Assembly: GCA_029762535.1 (NCBI GenBank)
Contig: JARVGK010000005.1
Location: 32,001 to 96,000 of the forward strand
Length of the DNA: 64,000 nucleotides
Source of the DNA: Thermoplasmatota archaeon
GTDB lineage: Archaea > Thermoplasmatota > Penumbrarchaeia > Penumbrarchaeales > Penumbrarchaeaceae
Reading direction: 5' to 3'
Both the position numbers and the translations under genes were made by a program. The notes below the pieces were generated by a model, which saw nothing but the letters and a program-made list of their open reading frames with translations, was not told the origin of the DNA and made no database searches. Of this stretch, positions 49,407 through 59,828 are shown in pieces. Position 1 is the stretch's first letter; every line of letters begins with the position of its first letter.

Positions 49407-51052
49407 TGTTGATTAATGGTAGATCTATAGCAAACATTAATACTTCGGTCGTAACAATTCAGGTCATGTACCTCAAGAATAAAATAGAGTTGAAAAGTAA
49501 TGGAATAGGAAGATATGTCCCCCTCTGTTATGGAGGTGGAATGCATAGTCCGTACATAGATCATAAAGGCTCTATACCTTCGAGGGTAAGTGAGATCGGG
49601 AGGGTCACAAGGAGAAGGGATCCTTATGAGAGTAAAATGTTACCATCGATCAAGGAAGCTATAAAGAAGTGTGGAATAACAGATGGTATGACAATATCTT
49701 TCCATCATCATTTACGGAATGGTGATAAAGTAGTAAATATGGTTATTGATGAGTTATTTCGTCAGGGAATAAAGGATATTAGGATTATTCCCACTGCTCT
49801 TTTTGATGTGCACAATCGATTAATTGACCATATAAAGAGAGGTACCATAACAAGGATCGAGGGATCATTGAATGGAGGCTTAGGCAGATTCATTTCGGAA
49901 GGGATTTTGGAAGAGCCTGTTATCCTAAGAAGTCATTCTGGCAGAGCAAGGGCTATACAACAAGGCGATATCGAGATCGACGTAGCTTTTCTTGGAGTAT
50001 CATGTTGTGATCCACTCGGCAACGCAAACGGTTTGATGGGGAGATCATGTTACGGGCCTTGTGGTTTTTTAAAAGCTGATGCGAAATTCGCAAAAAAAAC
50101 GGTTCTGATCACTGACGAACTAGTGAATTTTCCCTGCATTCCGATATCCTTGCCAGGAACGGATGTTGATCATATAGTCGTTGTTGAGAGTATTGGAGAT
50201 CCATCAGGGATACATACCGGTACTCTAAAAATAACAGATGATCCACAAAGGTTAACAATCGCAAATATGATACTCGATGTTATGGACATAGGGGATGTTA
50301 TACGTAACGGAATGTCCTTTCAGGCCGGTTCGGGAGGGATATCCCTCGCTTTGACAAAGCTGCTTGGAGATCGGTTAAGAAAAAAGGACATTAAAGCATC
50401 CTTCGCAGTTGGAGGTACAACAAAATATCTTGTATCTTTGTTGGAAGATGGTTTAATTGGTTACCTCATCGATGGACAGAGCTTTGATATGGAATCGGTA
50501 CGTTCCTTGAGAGATAATCCAAATCACGTTGAGATATCGGTCGATCAATATGCGAACCTTCACTCAGGTGCGACATTCACAGAAATGGAAGATGTATCAT
50601 TTCTTTCCGGAACAGAAGTCGATACTGAATTCAACGTAAACGTGAACACTCATTCAGATGGTTATCTTTTACATGGTATTGGGGGGCATCAAGATGTGGC
50701 ATACGGATCCAAATTGACATTCATCACAGTTCCTCTTACCAGAAAAGGGAATCCAATAATCAAGGACAGAGTAACAACAGTTACGACCCCAGGAAAACTG
50801 GTAGATATTGTTGTGACAGAAGTTGGCCTAGCATTCAATACGACGAACGTCAGAAAAGAGGTTAGACAGAGGAATGAGGACCTCGAATCGTTGTGCAAGA
50901 AAAACGGGTTCAATGTCATGTCCATAGATGAATTGAGGAGGACGTCCAAAGCGTCAGGTATGGATATTCTACGAAAAGAGGGTAATAAGCTCGTAGCTAC
51001 GATCCAGTATATAGATGGAACTACCCTTGATTCTGTCTGGAGTGTTAAATGA
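49406..51052 (+). CDS. citF: Citrate lyase alpha subunit / citrate CoA-transferase
   Basis: DGMTISFHHHLRNGD, RSHSGR, FQAGSGG, EVDTEFNVNV, GGHQD, TTPG..VDIVVTE; real start may be 49467 or 49541. Confidence 0.9.
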   Translation: MLINGRSIANINTSVVTIQVMYLKNKIELKSNGIGRYVPLCYGGGMHSPYIDHKGSIPSRVSEIGRVTRRRDPYESKMLPSIKEAIKKCGITDGMTISFHHHLRNGDKVVNMVIDELFRQGIKDIRIIPTALFDVHNRLIDHIKRGTITRIEGSLNGGLGRFISEGILEEPVILRSHSGRARAIQQGDIEIDVAFLGVSCCDPLGNANGLMGRSCYGPCGFLKADAKFAKKTVLITDELVNFPCIPISLPGTDVDHIVVVESIGDPSGIHTGTLKITDDPQRLTIANMILDVMDIGDVIRNGMSFQAGSGGISLALTKLLGDRLRKKDIKASFAVGGTTKYLVSLLEDGLIGYLIDGQSFDMESVRSLRDNPNHVEISVDQYANLHSGATFTEMEDVSFLSGTEVDTEFNVNVNTHSDGYLLHGIGGHQDVAYGSKLTFITVPLTRKGNPIIKDRVTTVTTPGKLVDIVVTEVGLAFNTTNVRKEVRQRNEDLESLCKKNGFNVMSIDELRRTSKASGMDILRKEGNKLVATIQYIDGTTLDSVWSVK

Positions 51053-52435
51053 TCATGTCTCTATGGAGGATAGTTCGCGGACTATGTTATCATCGTTTGG
51101 TCGAGTATGCAGGTATTTTTTAAGGCATTGTTTGTATTCCTCCATTCTACCCATACGTCCATAACAGCGTCCCATTAACAGGTATGGCTCCATATTATCT
51201 GGGTCAAGACGAAGTGAACTCTCGGATGAATCTATGCATTCTTTGAACAAGTCCATGGAGAACTCGACATTAGCCTTCATCAAGTAGGAGCCAGGATCTT
51301 GGTATCTATCCGTTAAAAATTCTAGAAGTTCTCTCGCTTTTTTTTGTTCCTTAGCCTCAATGTATATGCTCGATAGCTCCAAACCTGAACCAAGATCGGA
51401 CCACCCAAGTTTAATTGCTTTTTCAAGTGCCAACATCGCTCTTTCTATTGGATGATCATCTCTTCTGAAAGCGATTCCAGAATGAGCCCATACTTCGCCA
51501 TCTTCAGGGTCGATATTGATCGCTTTCTTAAAATAGGTCAGAGCTTTCTTTGGTTCTTTCCTTTCATAGAGATAGATCTTGCCTATTTGAACGAGGGCAT
51601 CCTTTGATAAAGGACCTTTTGTTACAATTACCGATCGGAAAGAACTGATGGATTGTTCTTGTTGTCCCATCTCTAAAAGGATTTGGCCAAGTTCGTAGTG
51701 AGAGGGTACATGTCTATTATTTATGGTGATTGCTTTTTTTAACGATTCCGAGGCTTCATCAAAGAGATCCAGTTTATGTAGTATCCGGCCTTTGTAAAAA
51801 TGTGCTATATAAAAACTCATATCTATTGATAGCGCTGCATCTAGACATATCATAGATTCATCGTACATATCTAGATGAAAGAGGGATAATCCTTTGCCAA
51901 GAAGGGCCCTCAAATTCTTATCATTATTTTCAAGGACGATATCGAATAAATCGATCGCGCTTTCATATTTACCAGAATTAAGATGTAACATTCCAATATT
52001 GATCAGAGCGGTCTCGTTCAAAGGATCCATTTCAAGAGCGTTTTGCAGGTCATTTATGGCCATTCTTTGATTTCCACTTCTAAACCATGCTATTGCTCTG
52101 TTAATGTGGAAATCAGCGTTAGGTCCATATGTATCTATGGCTCGGTCATAGCTCTGTATGGCAAGAGCGTTCTGACCGCTTTCAAGGTACATGTTCCCAA
52201 GATTGTAATGGATCAATCCATCATTGGGATAATCCATACTCAATTTGACTGTGATATCTATGGATTTGTTAAGATACCCACAAGACTTATGCACAAGTGA
52301 TATTCCAATCAGTGATGTTTTTCTCGTCTCTTCATCCGTAGCGTGTTTGTAGGTTTTCCGAAATATGTTAAACGCTCCGTTAAAGTCGCCTTGCTGAAGG
52401 CATGAGTATCCTTTGGATAGACTTTTTTCATACAT
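51053..52435 (-). CDS. Tetratricopeptide repeat protein
   Basis: Multiple TPR repeats (HYNLGNMY, ALINIG, AHFYKG, HYELG). Confidence 0.88.
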   Translation of the reverse strand: MYEKSLSKGYSCLQQGDFNGAFNIFRKTYKHATDEETRKTSLIGISLVHKSCGYLNKSIDITVKLSMDYPNDGLIHYNLGNMYLESGQNALAIQSYDRAIDTYGPNADFHINRAIAWFRSGNQRMAINDLQNALEMDPLNETALINIGMLHLNSGKYESAIDLFDIVLENNDKNLRALLGKGLSLFHLDMYDESMICLDAALSIDMSFYIAHFYKGRILHKLDLFDEASESLKKAITINNRHVPSHYELGQILLEMGQQEQSISSFRSVIVTKGPLSKDALVQIGKIYLYERKEPKKALTYFKKAINIDPEDGEVWAHSGIAFRRDDHPIERAMLALEKAIKLGWSDLGSGLELSSIYIEAKEQKKARELLEFLTDRYQDPGSYLMKANVEFSMDLFKECIDSSESSLRLDPDNMEPYLLMGRCYGRMGRMEEYKQCLKKYLHTRPNDDNIVRELSSIET

Positions 52436-52453
52436 TCTCTCACTTCAAGATAA

Positions 52454-53194
52454 TTACAGGTTCGATTTTTCTAAAGTATATTCAACTCTCGTTCTTTCCT
52501 TTCCCTTGGATCGTTTTTCAATGATTTTGATCAATCCAATCTCGCTTGTGTTCTTGATATGAGTTCCCGCACAAGGACATCTGTCTATATATCCATTTTC
52601 TCCAATCTCGATCGAGCGTAGCTTTGTTATATTTTTTGGAACGCGGTCCATGTCTATTCTCTTGATATCCTCCAAATTCTCAAAGAAGGACCTATCCCTA
52701 AGAACAACGTTTACCTTATGTCCTCTTTGAATGGTCTCATTTACTTCGACCTCGATATCCTTAAGGTCATCCAATGATAGATACAGTGGACAAAAATCTA
52801 TGTGGGAACGATTCGTATGTATTTGATTCCCGACGGTCCTTGCACGATATCTCTTCCAAATAATTGATGACATGATGTGTTGGGCAGTGTGCATCCTCAT
52901 ATGTCTATAACGTTTATCCCAATCGATATTGACCGTTACCTGGGTTCCCACTGGAGGGGGTTCTTCCATGGTATAATGAAAGATAGGCCCTTTTTGTCTG
53001 ACCTCATCAATTTCGATATGACCCCCATTCCAGAAAACTATCCCTGTGTCGGAAGGCTGCCCACCGCCCAAGGGATACATTACGGTCCTATCGAGAATAA
53101 AGTAATTCTTCCCATCATTTCCAACTTCGATCACTTTCGCAGAGAGAGTTCTTACATAACATGCTTCGATATCATTAAGGTACATCGGGTCCAT
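52454..53194 (-). CDS. alaX: Alanyl-tRNA editing protein AlaX
   Basis: YPLGGGQPSD.G, MRMHTAQH, CPCAGTH. Confidence 0.92.
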   Translation of the reverse strand: MDPMYLNDIEACYVRTLSAKVIEVGNDGKNYFILDRTVMYPLGGGQPSDTGIVFWNGGHIEIDEVRQKGPIFHYTMEEPPPVGTQVTVNIDWDKRYRHMRMHTAQHIMSSIIWKRYRARTVGNQIHTNRSHIDFCPLYLSLDDLKDIEVEVNETIQRGHKVNVVLRDRSFFENLEDIKRIDMDRVPKNITKLRSIEIGENGYIDRCPCAGTHIKNTSEIGLIKIIEKRSKGKERTRVEYTLEKSNL

Positions 53195-53330
53195 GAACCA
53201 TACCCCGTAATAAATTATGATGCTGATAGGTCATATTCAGATAAAGTCGTTTCTCCATATCCTGCTTCGAGATAGAGTTAATTTTATATATGCTTTGAAG
53301 CATGGGCCGGCAAATCGGTAGGTTGATTAT

Positions 53331-53714
53331 ATGGCTCTCTGGCAAGGAAGGTCGAAACGAAAGGTAACAGGTGGTAGATTCAGACCTCATAGAGGTAAGA
53401 AAAAACACGAGATAGGAAGAGAACAGCAGATAACAGTAATCGGAAAGAGGAGTATGAAGAGTGTCCGAACAATGGGAGGGAACCTGAAGCTTAGGGCCCT
53501 GGTAACTGAGAACGCCAACATCTTCGATCCAAAAAATAAGAGGACAAAGAGAGCCATCATCAAGACGGTTATCGAGAATCCAGCAAATCCAAACTATGTC
53601 CGAAGGAACATCATCACAAAAGGAGCATTGATAGATACTGACTTAGGCAGGGCACGGGTGACATCAAGGCCAGGCCAGGACGGAGTAGTCAATGCAATAC
53701 TCTTAAGAGAATAG
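53331..53714 (+). CDS. rps8e: 30S ribosomal protein S8e
   Basis: SKRKVTGG, RTMGGN, NPAN...RRNIITKG, TSRPGQDG. Confidence 0.97.
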   Translation: MALWQGRSKRKVTGGRFRPHRGKKKHEIGREQQITVIGKRSMKSVRTMGGNLKLRALVTENANIFDPKNKRTKRAIIKTVIENPANPNYVRRNIITKGALIDTDLGRARVTSRPGQDGVVNAILLRE

Positions 53715-53729
53715 ATCGGGGTATCGCCT

Positions 53730-54023
53730 ATGGCGCGGAACCGGGATAATAGAATGGTGTTATGGTCGAACTATTTCGATTCCGGCCTCACGAAGTCTCA
53801 AGGACGTCGAACACCTTTGTCTTTGAGCGTTCATTCTCCGAAGGCTGAAGAAATATTCCATTTATGCAAAAAGCTAGGCCTATCTCCAGAACTTCAGGAT
53901 GAGAAGAGGCACCCATCATCAGATATGGAAAAGATGGGAAGGATACTTGTGAGATCTAAAAAGAAAAAGACGATCGTAATTAAAGAGATAGCCAAAGGAT
54001 TGTTGAAGCAAAAAAAAAAATAA
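53730..54023 (+). CDS. srp19: Signal recognition particle protein SRP19
   Basis: VLWSNYFDS.LT...GRR.P, LGL, K.HP, GRILV. Confidence 0.9.
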   Translation: MARNRDNRMVLWSNYFDSGLTKSQGRRTPLSLSVHSPKAEEIFHLCKKLGLSPELQDEKRHPSSDMEKMGRILVRSKKKKTIVIKEIAKGLLKQKKK

Positions 54024-54076
54024 TGGATTATTGGATAAAAAACATAGTCCTTTAAAATACAAAGGAGAAGGTCATC

Positions 54077-56785
54077 ATGGTTGAAATGAAATGGGTCTAT
54101 ACGTTCGAAGAAGGGGGCCGAGATATGAAAGAGCTCCTAGGTGGTAAAGGGGCCAATCTTTGCGAGATGAGTAGATTAGGTATCCCCGTTCCACCAGGCT
54201 TTATAATATCTACTGAAGCATGTCGTACTTTTTTTCAGAATGGAGGAAGATTCCCTTCCGGATTGGAAGAAGAGGTTATTGAAGCAGTAAAAAGGTTGGA
54301 GAAAATAAAAGGGTCAAATTTCGGTGATCCTAAAAATCCGTTACTGATTTCCGTCAGATCTGGAGCGAGATCCTCCATGCCTGGAATGATGGACACGATA
54401 CTTAACCTTGGTATGAATCCTGAGATAGTGGAAGGTCTCATCGAAAGGACCGGTAATGAAAGGTTCGTGAGGGATAGTTACAGACGCTTCGTTCAGATGT
54501 ATGGTGATGTTGTCATGGGACTAAAGCCCTCATCAAAGGATGATGTAGATCCATTTGAAGAGATCATGGAAAAATATAAGGAAAGGAATGGGATTAATAG
54601 CGACGTAGACCTCGCTCCTGAAGACCTTTCGGAAATAACCAGAATATTCCATGAAATAATCAAAGAGAGGATCGAGGAAGAATTTCCAAATGATCCAATG
54701 GAGCAATTATGGGGGGCAATAAAAGCGGTATTTTCATCATGGACCAACGAAAGGGCGAGGAAATATCGAATTATGAACAATATTCCCGAAGAATGGGGAA
54801 CCGCTGTAAATATTCAATGTATGGTATTTGGAAATATGGGATATGATTGTGCCACTGGCGTTGCCTTTACCAGGGATCCATCCACCGGCGAGGACGTCTT
54901 TTTTGGTGAATACCTAATAAATGCCCAAGGAGAAGATGTAGTGGCTGGAATACGGACCCCTCATCAAGTCACGAAAGAAAGATCTAGAAAAATGGCAATT
55001 GTTAATGGAATGGATGAGAGAAAACGACTAGAAGAGGCCCCCTCACTTGAGGAGAGTATGCCTGATATTTTCCTGGAACTTGTTGATATATACAAGAAAC
55101 TAGAAGGACATTATAAGGATATGCAGGATATCGAGTTCACTGTGGAAAGGGGAAAGCTTTGGATCCTTCAGACCAGAAACGGTAAAAGAACTGCTGAAGC
55201 GGCTGTTAAGATAGCAGTTGATATGGTAAAAGAAGGAATGATCGATGAAAGGACAGCTATCATGAGGATAACACCAGAACAGATCGATCGTTTACTACAT
55301 CCGACCTTCGATCCAGAGGCAAGAAAGGAATTATTGGCAAGAGGTTTGCCTGCATCGCCTGGGGCAGCAACAGGAGTTGTGGTATTCAACGCAGAGGATG
55401 CGGAATATAGGGCGAATGAGGGAGATAAGGTCATCTTGGTCCGAATAGAGACATCTCCTGAGGATATAGGTGGGATGCAATCATCAGAAGGCATATTAAC
55501 TACAAGAGGTGGAATGACCAGTCATGCAGCGGTCGTAGCTAGGGGGATGGGAAAATGTTGCGTCTCTGGATGTGGGAAGATATCGGTTGACTACTCGAAT
55601 CGGTCCTTTTCCATTGGTGGAAGAACAGTCAAAGAAGGCGATTGGATCTCCCTCGATGGAACAACAGGGGAGGTTTTCTTGGGGAAGATAGTTACCATTC
55701 CTCCAAAAATCAGCGGAAATTTTTCCAGGATACTTGAATGGGGGGATGAATTCAGGAAGCTTGATATTCGAACTAACGCAGATACACCTAACGATTCCAA
55801 GGTCGGGAGGAATTTCGGAGCGAAAGGGATAGGCCTTTGCAGGACAGAACATATGTTCTTCGAAGGTGAGAGGATCAAGGTAATGAGAGAGATGATACTA
55901 GCTGAGGATATCAATGGTAGAAGGGCCGCTCTCGATAAATTACTACCCATGCAGAGGGAAGATTTTCACGAGATCTTCAGCGTGATGTCACCTTATCCCG
56001 TGACCATAAGGTTACTCGACCCCCCATTACACGAATTTCTCCCACATGATGATGGAGCACAGAATGAGCTCGCTGACATTCTGAACATACACGTATCCAA
56101 AATAAAGGAGAGAGTTGATTCTCTGAGAGAGTTCAATCCAATGTTGGGACATAGGGGCTGCAGGCTTGCAATAACTTATCCTGAGATAACAAGAATGCAG
56201 GCAAGGGCAATTATCGAGGCTGCATGCGATGTAAAGAAAAAAGGGTTGGAGGTTAGACCAGAGATAATGGTCCCATTTATAGGGACAGAGAGGGAGCTGG
56301 AACTTCAAAGGGAGATAATTATTAAGGTAGCATCGGAAGTGATGTCGGAAAGGGGCATACAAATCTCATATACCATTGGAACTATGATAGAGATACCTAG
56401 AGCAGCTTTGGTAGCAGGGAAGATCGCTGAGGTATCGGATTTCTTCAGCTTTGGTACGAACGATCTTACCCAGATGACGTATGGATATAGCCGAGATGAT
56501 TCGGGTACATTTCTTGAAGAATACATATCAAAGGGTGTACTGGAACAGGACCCATTCAAAAGCATAGATATTGAAGGTGTTGGAGAACTTCTCAGGATCG
56601 GTGTAGAAAGGGGCAGATCCGTATGTCCTAATTTGAAGATCGGTATTTGCGGGGAACATGGCGGGGATCCCAAGTCCATAAGGTTCTTCCATATCTCGGG
56701 CCTTAACTATGTATCATGCTCTCCGTTCAGAGTACCTGTGGCCAGGCTCGCTGCGGCACAAGCCGCTATAGAGGATGTGAAATGA
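54077..56785 (+). CDS. ppdK: Pyruvate, phosphate dikinase
   Basis: LGGKGANL, SVRSGA..SMPGMMDT, GGMTSHAAVVARG, GIGLCRTEHMF, SFGTNDLTQ, GICGEHGG. Confidence 0.97.
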   Translation: MVEMKWVYTFEEGGRDMKELLGGKGANLCEMSRLGIPVPPGFIISTEACRTFFQNGGRFPSGLEEEVIEAVKRLEKIKGSNFGDPKNPLLISVRSGARSSMPGMMDTILNLGMNPEIVEGLIERTGNERFVRDSYRRFVQMYGDVVMGLKPSSKDDVDPFEEIMEKYKERNGINSDVDLAPEDLSEITRIFHEIIKERIEEEFPNDPMEQLWGAIKAVFSSWTNERARKYRIMNNIPEEWGTAVNIQCMVFGNMGYDCATGVAFTRDPSTGEDVFFGEYLINAQGEDVVAGIRTPHQVTKERSRKMAIVNGMDERKRLEEAPSLEESMPDIFLELVDIYKKLEGHYKDMQDIEFTVERGKLWILQTRNGKRTAEAAVKIAVDMVKEGMIDERTAIMRITPEQIDRLLHPTFDPEARKELLARGLPASPGAATGVVVFNAEDAEYRANEGDKVILVRIETSPEDIGGMQSSEGILTTRGGMTSHAAVVARGMGKCCVSGCGKISVDYSNRSFSIGGRTVKEGDWISLDGTTGEVFLGKIVTIPPKISGNFSRILEWGDEFRKLDIRTNADTPNDSKVGRNFGAKGIGLCRTEHMFFEGERIKVMREMILAEDINGRRAALDKLLPMQREDFHEIFSVMSPYPVTIRLLDPPLHEFLPHDDGAQNELADILNIHVSKIKERVDSLREFNPMLGHRGCRLAITYPEITRMQARAIIEAACDVKKKGLEVRPEIMVPFIGTERELELQREIIIKVASEVMSERGIQISYTIGTMIEIPRAALVAGKIAEVSDFFSFGTNDLTQMTYGYSRDDSGTFLEEYISKGVLEQDPFKSIDIEGVGELLRIGVERGRSVCPNLKIGICGEHGGDPKSIRFFHISGLNYVSCSPFRVPVARLAAAQAAIEDVK

Positions 56786-57745
56786 TCATTCGATCCATCG
56801 ATGTATCTCATGAACCGATGAACAGTTGGAACATCTGATCATTTTTATTATCCTCGTTGAGCAATGTAGACATCTATCACGACCAATGGGGGTAAGTTCA
56901 GCGCAGTTGGGACATCTTACGAAAAGGTCCTTCGATTTTCTACACGAGTAGAAGAACCTAGGAGTGTCACAAGTCGGACATTTTTTTATCTCTCTATCGA
57001 GATCCATCCCGCAAAGTGGGCATGGCTTGATATCCCGAACCTCACGAATACTGTCATCTATTTTGAGCTTCCTACCGGTCGCCGTCATGATGAAGGATTT
57101 CAGGCTTTTCATCATGGATTCGGAATGTTCCAGGTCATCGTATGTGGTTTTGAAGCGTTCTTCCGGAAAGGTTATAACAAATATCAAAGTTATTAGCATT
57201 ATGGATCCTGCAATAAAATACAGGAACATGTTCAATAGCGGAGTTCCTGCTGTTTTATCTGACCATCTGATCCATCCAATTATGGAGAAGAGTGATGACC
57301 AGAAGAAAATCAATGAAAATATGAACCACAGGCCGATTGGCACATAATCCGACCATCGAGCATATTGGTCCCTTCTCTCTTTGACGAAAAGTACCAGATA
57401 AAGAAGAAGGATGAAAGCTCCGATCAATATCATATACCCTAGAATGGAGAGGAACCATGACCCAGATATTTCTGCGTACTTGAACTTGACCATCGAGCCT
57501 ATGAATGTTAATAGGTATACTATTATCATCCATATTCCTAAAAAGAAGAAACGAGGGGTCAGTTTGTAAAGCATGGATAATCCTATAATACCGAATAGGA
57601 ACCATCCAACGGAATAAACTGGACCATCTCCCAAACTAAGAACGAGCGAGATCATTAAATATATCGTTGCTCCAAACTTCAGCTGAAGTCTTCGGTTCTT
57701 TTTAAGAATGGATAGTATATCCGTTGGCCGATAAGCCAAATCCAT
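56786..57745 (-). CDS. Polytopic membrane protein with C-terminal multi zinc-ribbon
   Basis: About six TM segments followed by CPLC, CPTC, CPNC, CLHC, CSNC. Confidence 0.78.
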   Translation of the reverse strand: MDLAYRPTDILSILKKNRRLQLKFGATIYLMISLVLSLGDGPVYSVGWFLFGIIGLSMLYKLTPRFFFLGIWMIIVYLLTFIGSMVKFKYAEISGSWFLSILGYMILIGAFILLLYLVLFVKERRDQYARWSDYVPIGLWFIFSLIFFWSSLFSIIGWIRWSDKTAGTPLLNMFLYFIAGSIMLITLIFVITFPEERFKTTYDDLEHSESMMKSLKSFIMTATGRKLKIDDSIREVRDIKPCPLCGMDLDREIKKCPTCDTPRFFYSCRKSKDLFVRCPNCAELTPIGRDRCLHCSTRIIKMIRCSNCSSVHEIHRWIE

Positions 57746-57815
57746 GGATGGGTTAGCAATGGTCGTTCTAAAATATATTTCGGTTATGTTTTTTTTTCAC
57801 ATGTAAAAGAAGAGG

Positions 57816-57889
57816 GGGCAGGGATGGGGGGATTTTTGGAAGAGATAGAGGTGCTTTTTTCTTTCGGGAAAAATCACGTTTCCCTGCCC
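57816..57889 (-). ncRNA. Candidate structured intergenic RNA (long interrupted hairpin)
   Basis: GGGCAGGGA/TCCCTGCCC and GATTTTT/AAAAATC nested IRs; TATA-like element near 57915-57929 on the minus strand. Confidence 0.3.
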
Positions 57890-58016
57890 AGAACGAGAAA
57901 AGGAGTTATCTATTGTTTATATATACTTTATGCAGTCCTTATCATACAATAATAATCATTTGTTATCCTGGGAATGAAATGGAAGAACATTTATAATCAT
58001 CTGGCTATACACCTTT

Positions 58017-58445
58017 GTGGATATCGAGGGGTTCTTCTGCACTTGCGATCACGAAGTCATCCATAAGGACTATAAATTATGGGTAAAGCCACCCAGGTCA
58101 GAAAAAAAACACACACCTCAGCAACCAAGGCTATACTGTAAGAAATGCGGACGCCTGAAATATACCGGTTCTGCTTTTGCGAGGGAGATGGGTTACTATG
58201 TCAATCTTTTAAATGAAATTAGGAAGAAGATGGACCTTCTCTATCGAAGGAAGATCATCAAAAGGAGGATGACAAAATCACAGACACAAACAATAATTAG
58301 GGACCTGATGAACGATGACGACTTCAGAGATAATTTCTCAAATCAAAGCTTTTCGCAGTTTGATCTATTTAAATACACCGTAAAAAAATATACAAATATT
58401 GATGATTATATAATAGATTCAATAAAAGAGAAACACTCCCGATAA
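58017..58445 (+). CDS. Hypothetical zinc-finger protein
   Basis: CTCDH and YCKKCG motifs followed by a helical domain. Confidence 0.65.
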   Translation: MDIEGFFCTCDHEVIHKDYKLWVKPPRSEKKHTPQQPRLYCKKCGRLKYTGSAFAREMGYYVNLLNEIRKKMDLLYRRKIIKRRMTKSQTQTIIRDLMNDDDFRDNFSNQSFSQFDLFKYTVKKYTNIDDYIIDSIKEKHSR

Positions 58446-58525
58446 TTATGATATCATAATCTAATCACCTATCCGTCAATTTATTAAACCCCTTGAGCCT
58501 ATAGCGAGTTAACGGAGGCTATCCA

Positions 58526-59026
58526 TTGACCGACAACGATATCCAAAAAAAACTGGAGAAGGCATCCATCCTACTGGCAAGCGGAGAATTCAACAAAGCG
58601 TACAATCTTTATAAGAAGATCGTAAAGGAAAATGATAGTTCATCAGAAGCATACTTTGGTTTAGCTGAATCATCTTTAGCCATCCCTAAACTTACAGTTC
58701 AGGAGATTGCCTCCAGTTATCAAAAGGCCTGTGATCTGGACCCAGATAATCCATTATACTTGGCAACATACGGAAATTTCTGTTTCGAGAACGGGATATT
58801 AAAAAAGGCCGAAGATTGTTTTCAAAAGGCCTCAATGGTCGATGAGGAGAACGCTTCGATCTATTTATCCGATCTGGCCACTGGATACTTTCATTCAGCT
58901 AAAAATTATCAGGATCACTATCCAGGTATGACCTACGATGATATTTTGATAACATCGATGAAATATATCTTAATGGCCTTCGATTTATCCTCAGAGAAGG
59001 CAAAAGAAATAATAGACAATTTATAA
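58526..59026 (+). CDS. Small tetratricopeptide repeat protein
   Basis: EAYFGLAE, YQKA..LDPDNP.Y...YG TPR pattern. Confidence 0.8.
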   Translation: MTDNDIQKKLEKASILLASGEFNKAYNLYKKIVKENDSSSEAYFGLAESSLAIPKLTVQEIASSYQKACDLDPDNPLYLATYGNFCFENGILKKAEDCFQKASMVDEENASIYLSDLATGYFHSAKNYQDHYPGMTYDDILITSMKYILMAFDLSSEKAKEIIDNL

Positions 59027-59074
59027 GATACTATTATTCTTTAGGGAAATAATATATCTTGGACAATACACTGG

Positions 59075-59812
59075 GTGGTATCTATGGGATATGATGACGA
59101 TCACGACATCTCCCTTTCGCTAAACAGCATGGGCTTTACCAATCCCAGATACACAAAAAACAGGGCTGTGGGGATAAAATTCTCCAAACAGGAAGTAAAG
59201 GAGCTTGGGATAGCCATTGCCGTGCTAACTGTGGCCTTTGCCTTTGCCGTTCCAAACCGAGGCATACTTATGACTGGCCTCGAAGGATTGAACGAGGTTG
59301 CTCTGAAATCATTCCTATTCTATCTTCCGATATCTCTGGTAGCGGTATCGACCGCTTTTGCCCTCCATGAGATGTCTCACAAGTTCGTTGCAAACATTTA
59401 CGGGTATCCCGCAGCTTTCTCATATTCAAGAAGGGGGCTGATATTCGCAGTACTCCTAGCCATCTTTTTGGGATTCCTCATAGCGGCTCCGGGGGCCGTA
59501 TTCATATACGGATATCCCTCAAGAAAGCAGAACGGAATAATATCTCTAGCGGGCCCTCTCACGAATACTGTAGTTGGAATAATAGCGTTCACCGCGGCAG
59601 TTGTTGCTGGAATTCTAGGGCTTGGAATTGTATTTTCAGGACTTGCCTTCGTATCCTTCATCAACTTCTTCCTGGGAGCGTTCAACCTGATCCCGGTCAT
59701 GCCCCTGGATGGGGCCAAAGTATGGAAATGGAGCAAGGTCGTCTACATTATCATGGCTTTGATCCTATTCCCCACCGTTCTTCTTTGGATGTGGGGGATT
59801 CAATTTTTCTAA
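59075..59812 (+). CDS. Small site-2 protease (M50 family)
   Basis: HEMSH, AAPGAV, AGPLTN, FNLIPVMPLDG. Confidence 0.9.
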   Translation: MVSMGYDDDHDISLSLNSMGFTNPRYTKNRAVGIKFSKQEVKELGIAIAVLTVAFAFAVPNRGILMTGLEGLNEVALKSFLFYLPISLVAVSTAFALHEMSHKFVANIYGYPAAFSYSRRGLIFAVLLAIFLGFLIAAPGAVFIYGYPSRKQNGIISLAGPLTNTVVGIIAFTAAVVAGILGLGIVFSGLAFVSFINFFLGAFNLIPVMPLDGAKVWKWSKVVYIIMALILFPTVLLWMWGIQFF

Positions 59813-59828
59813 AAAGGAGGCGAAGTGG

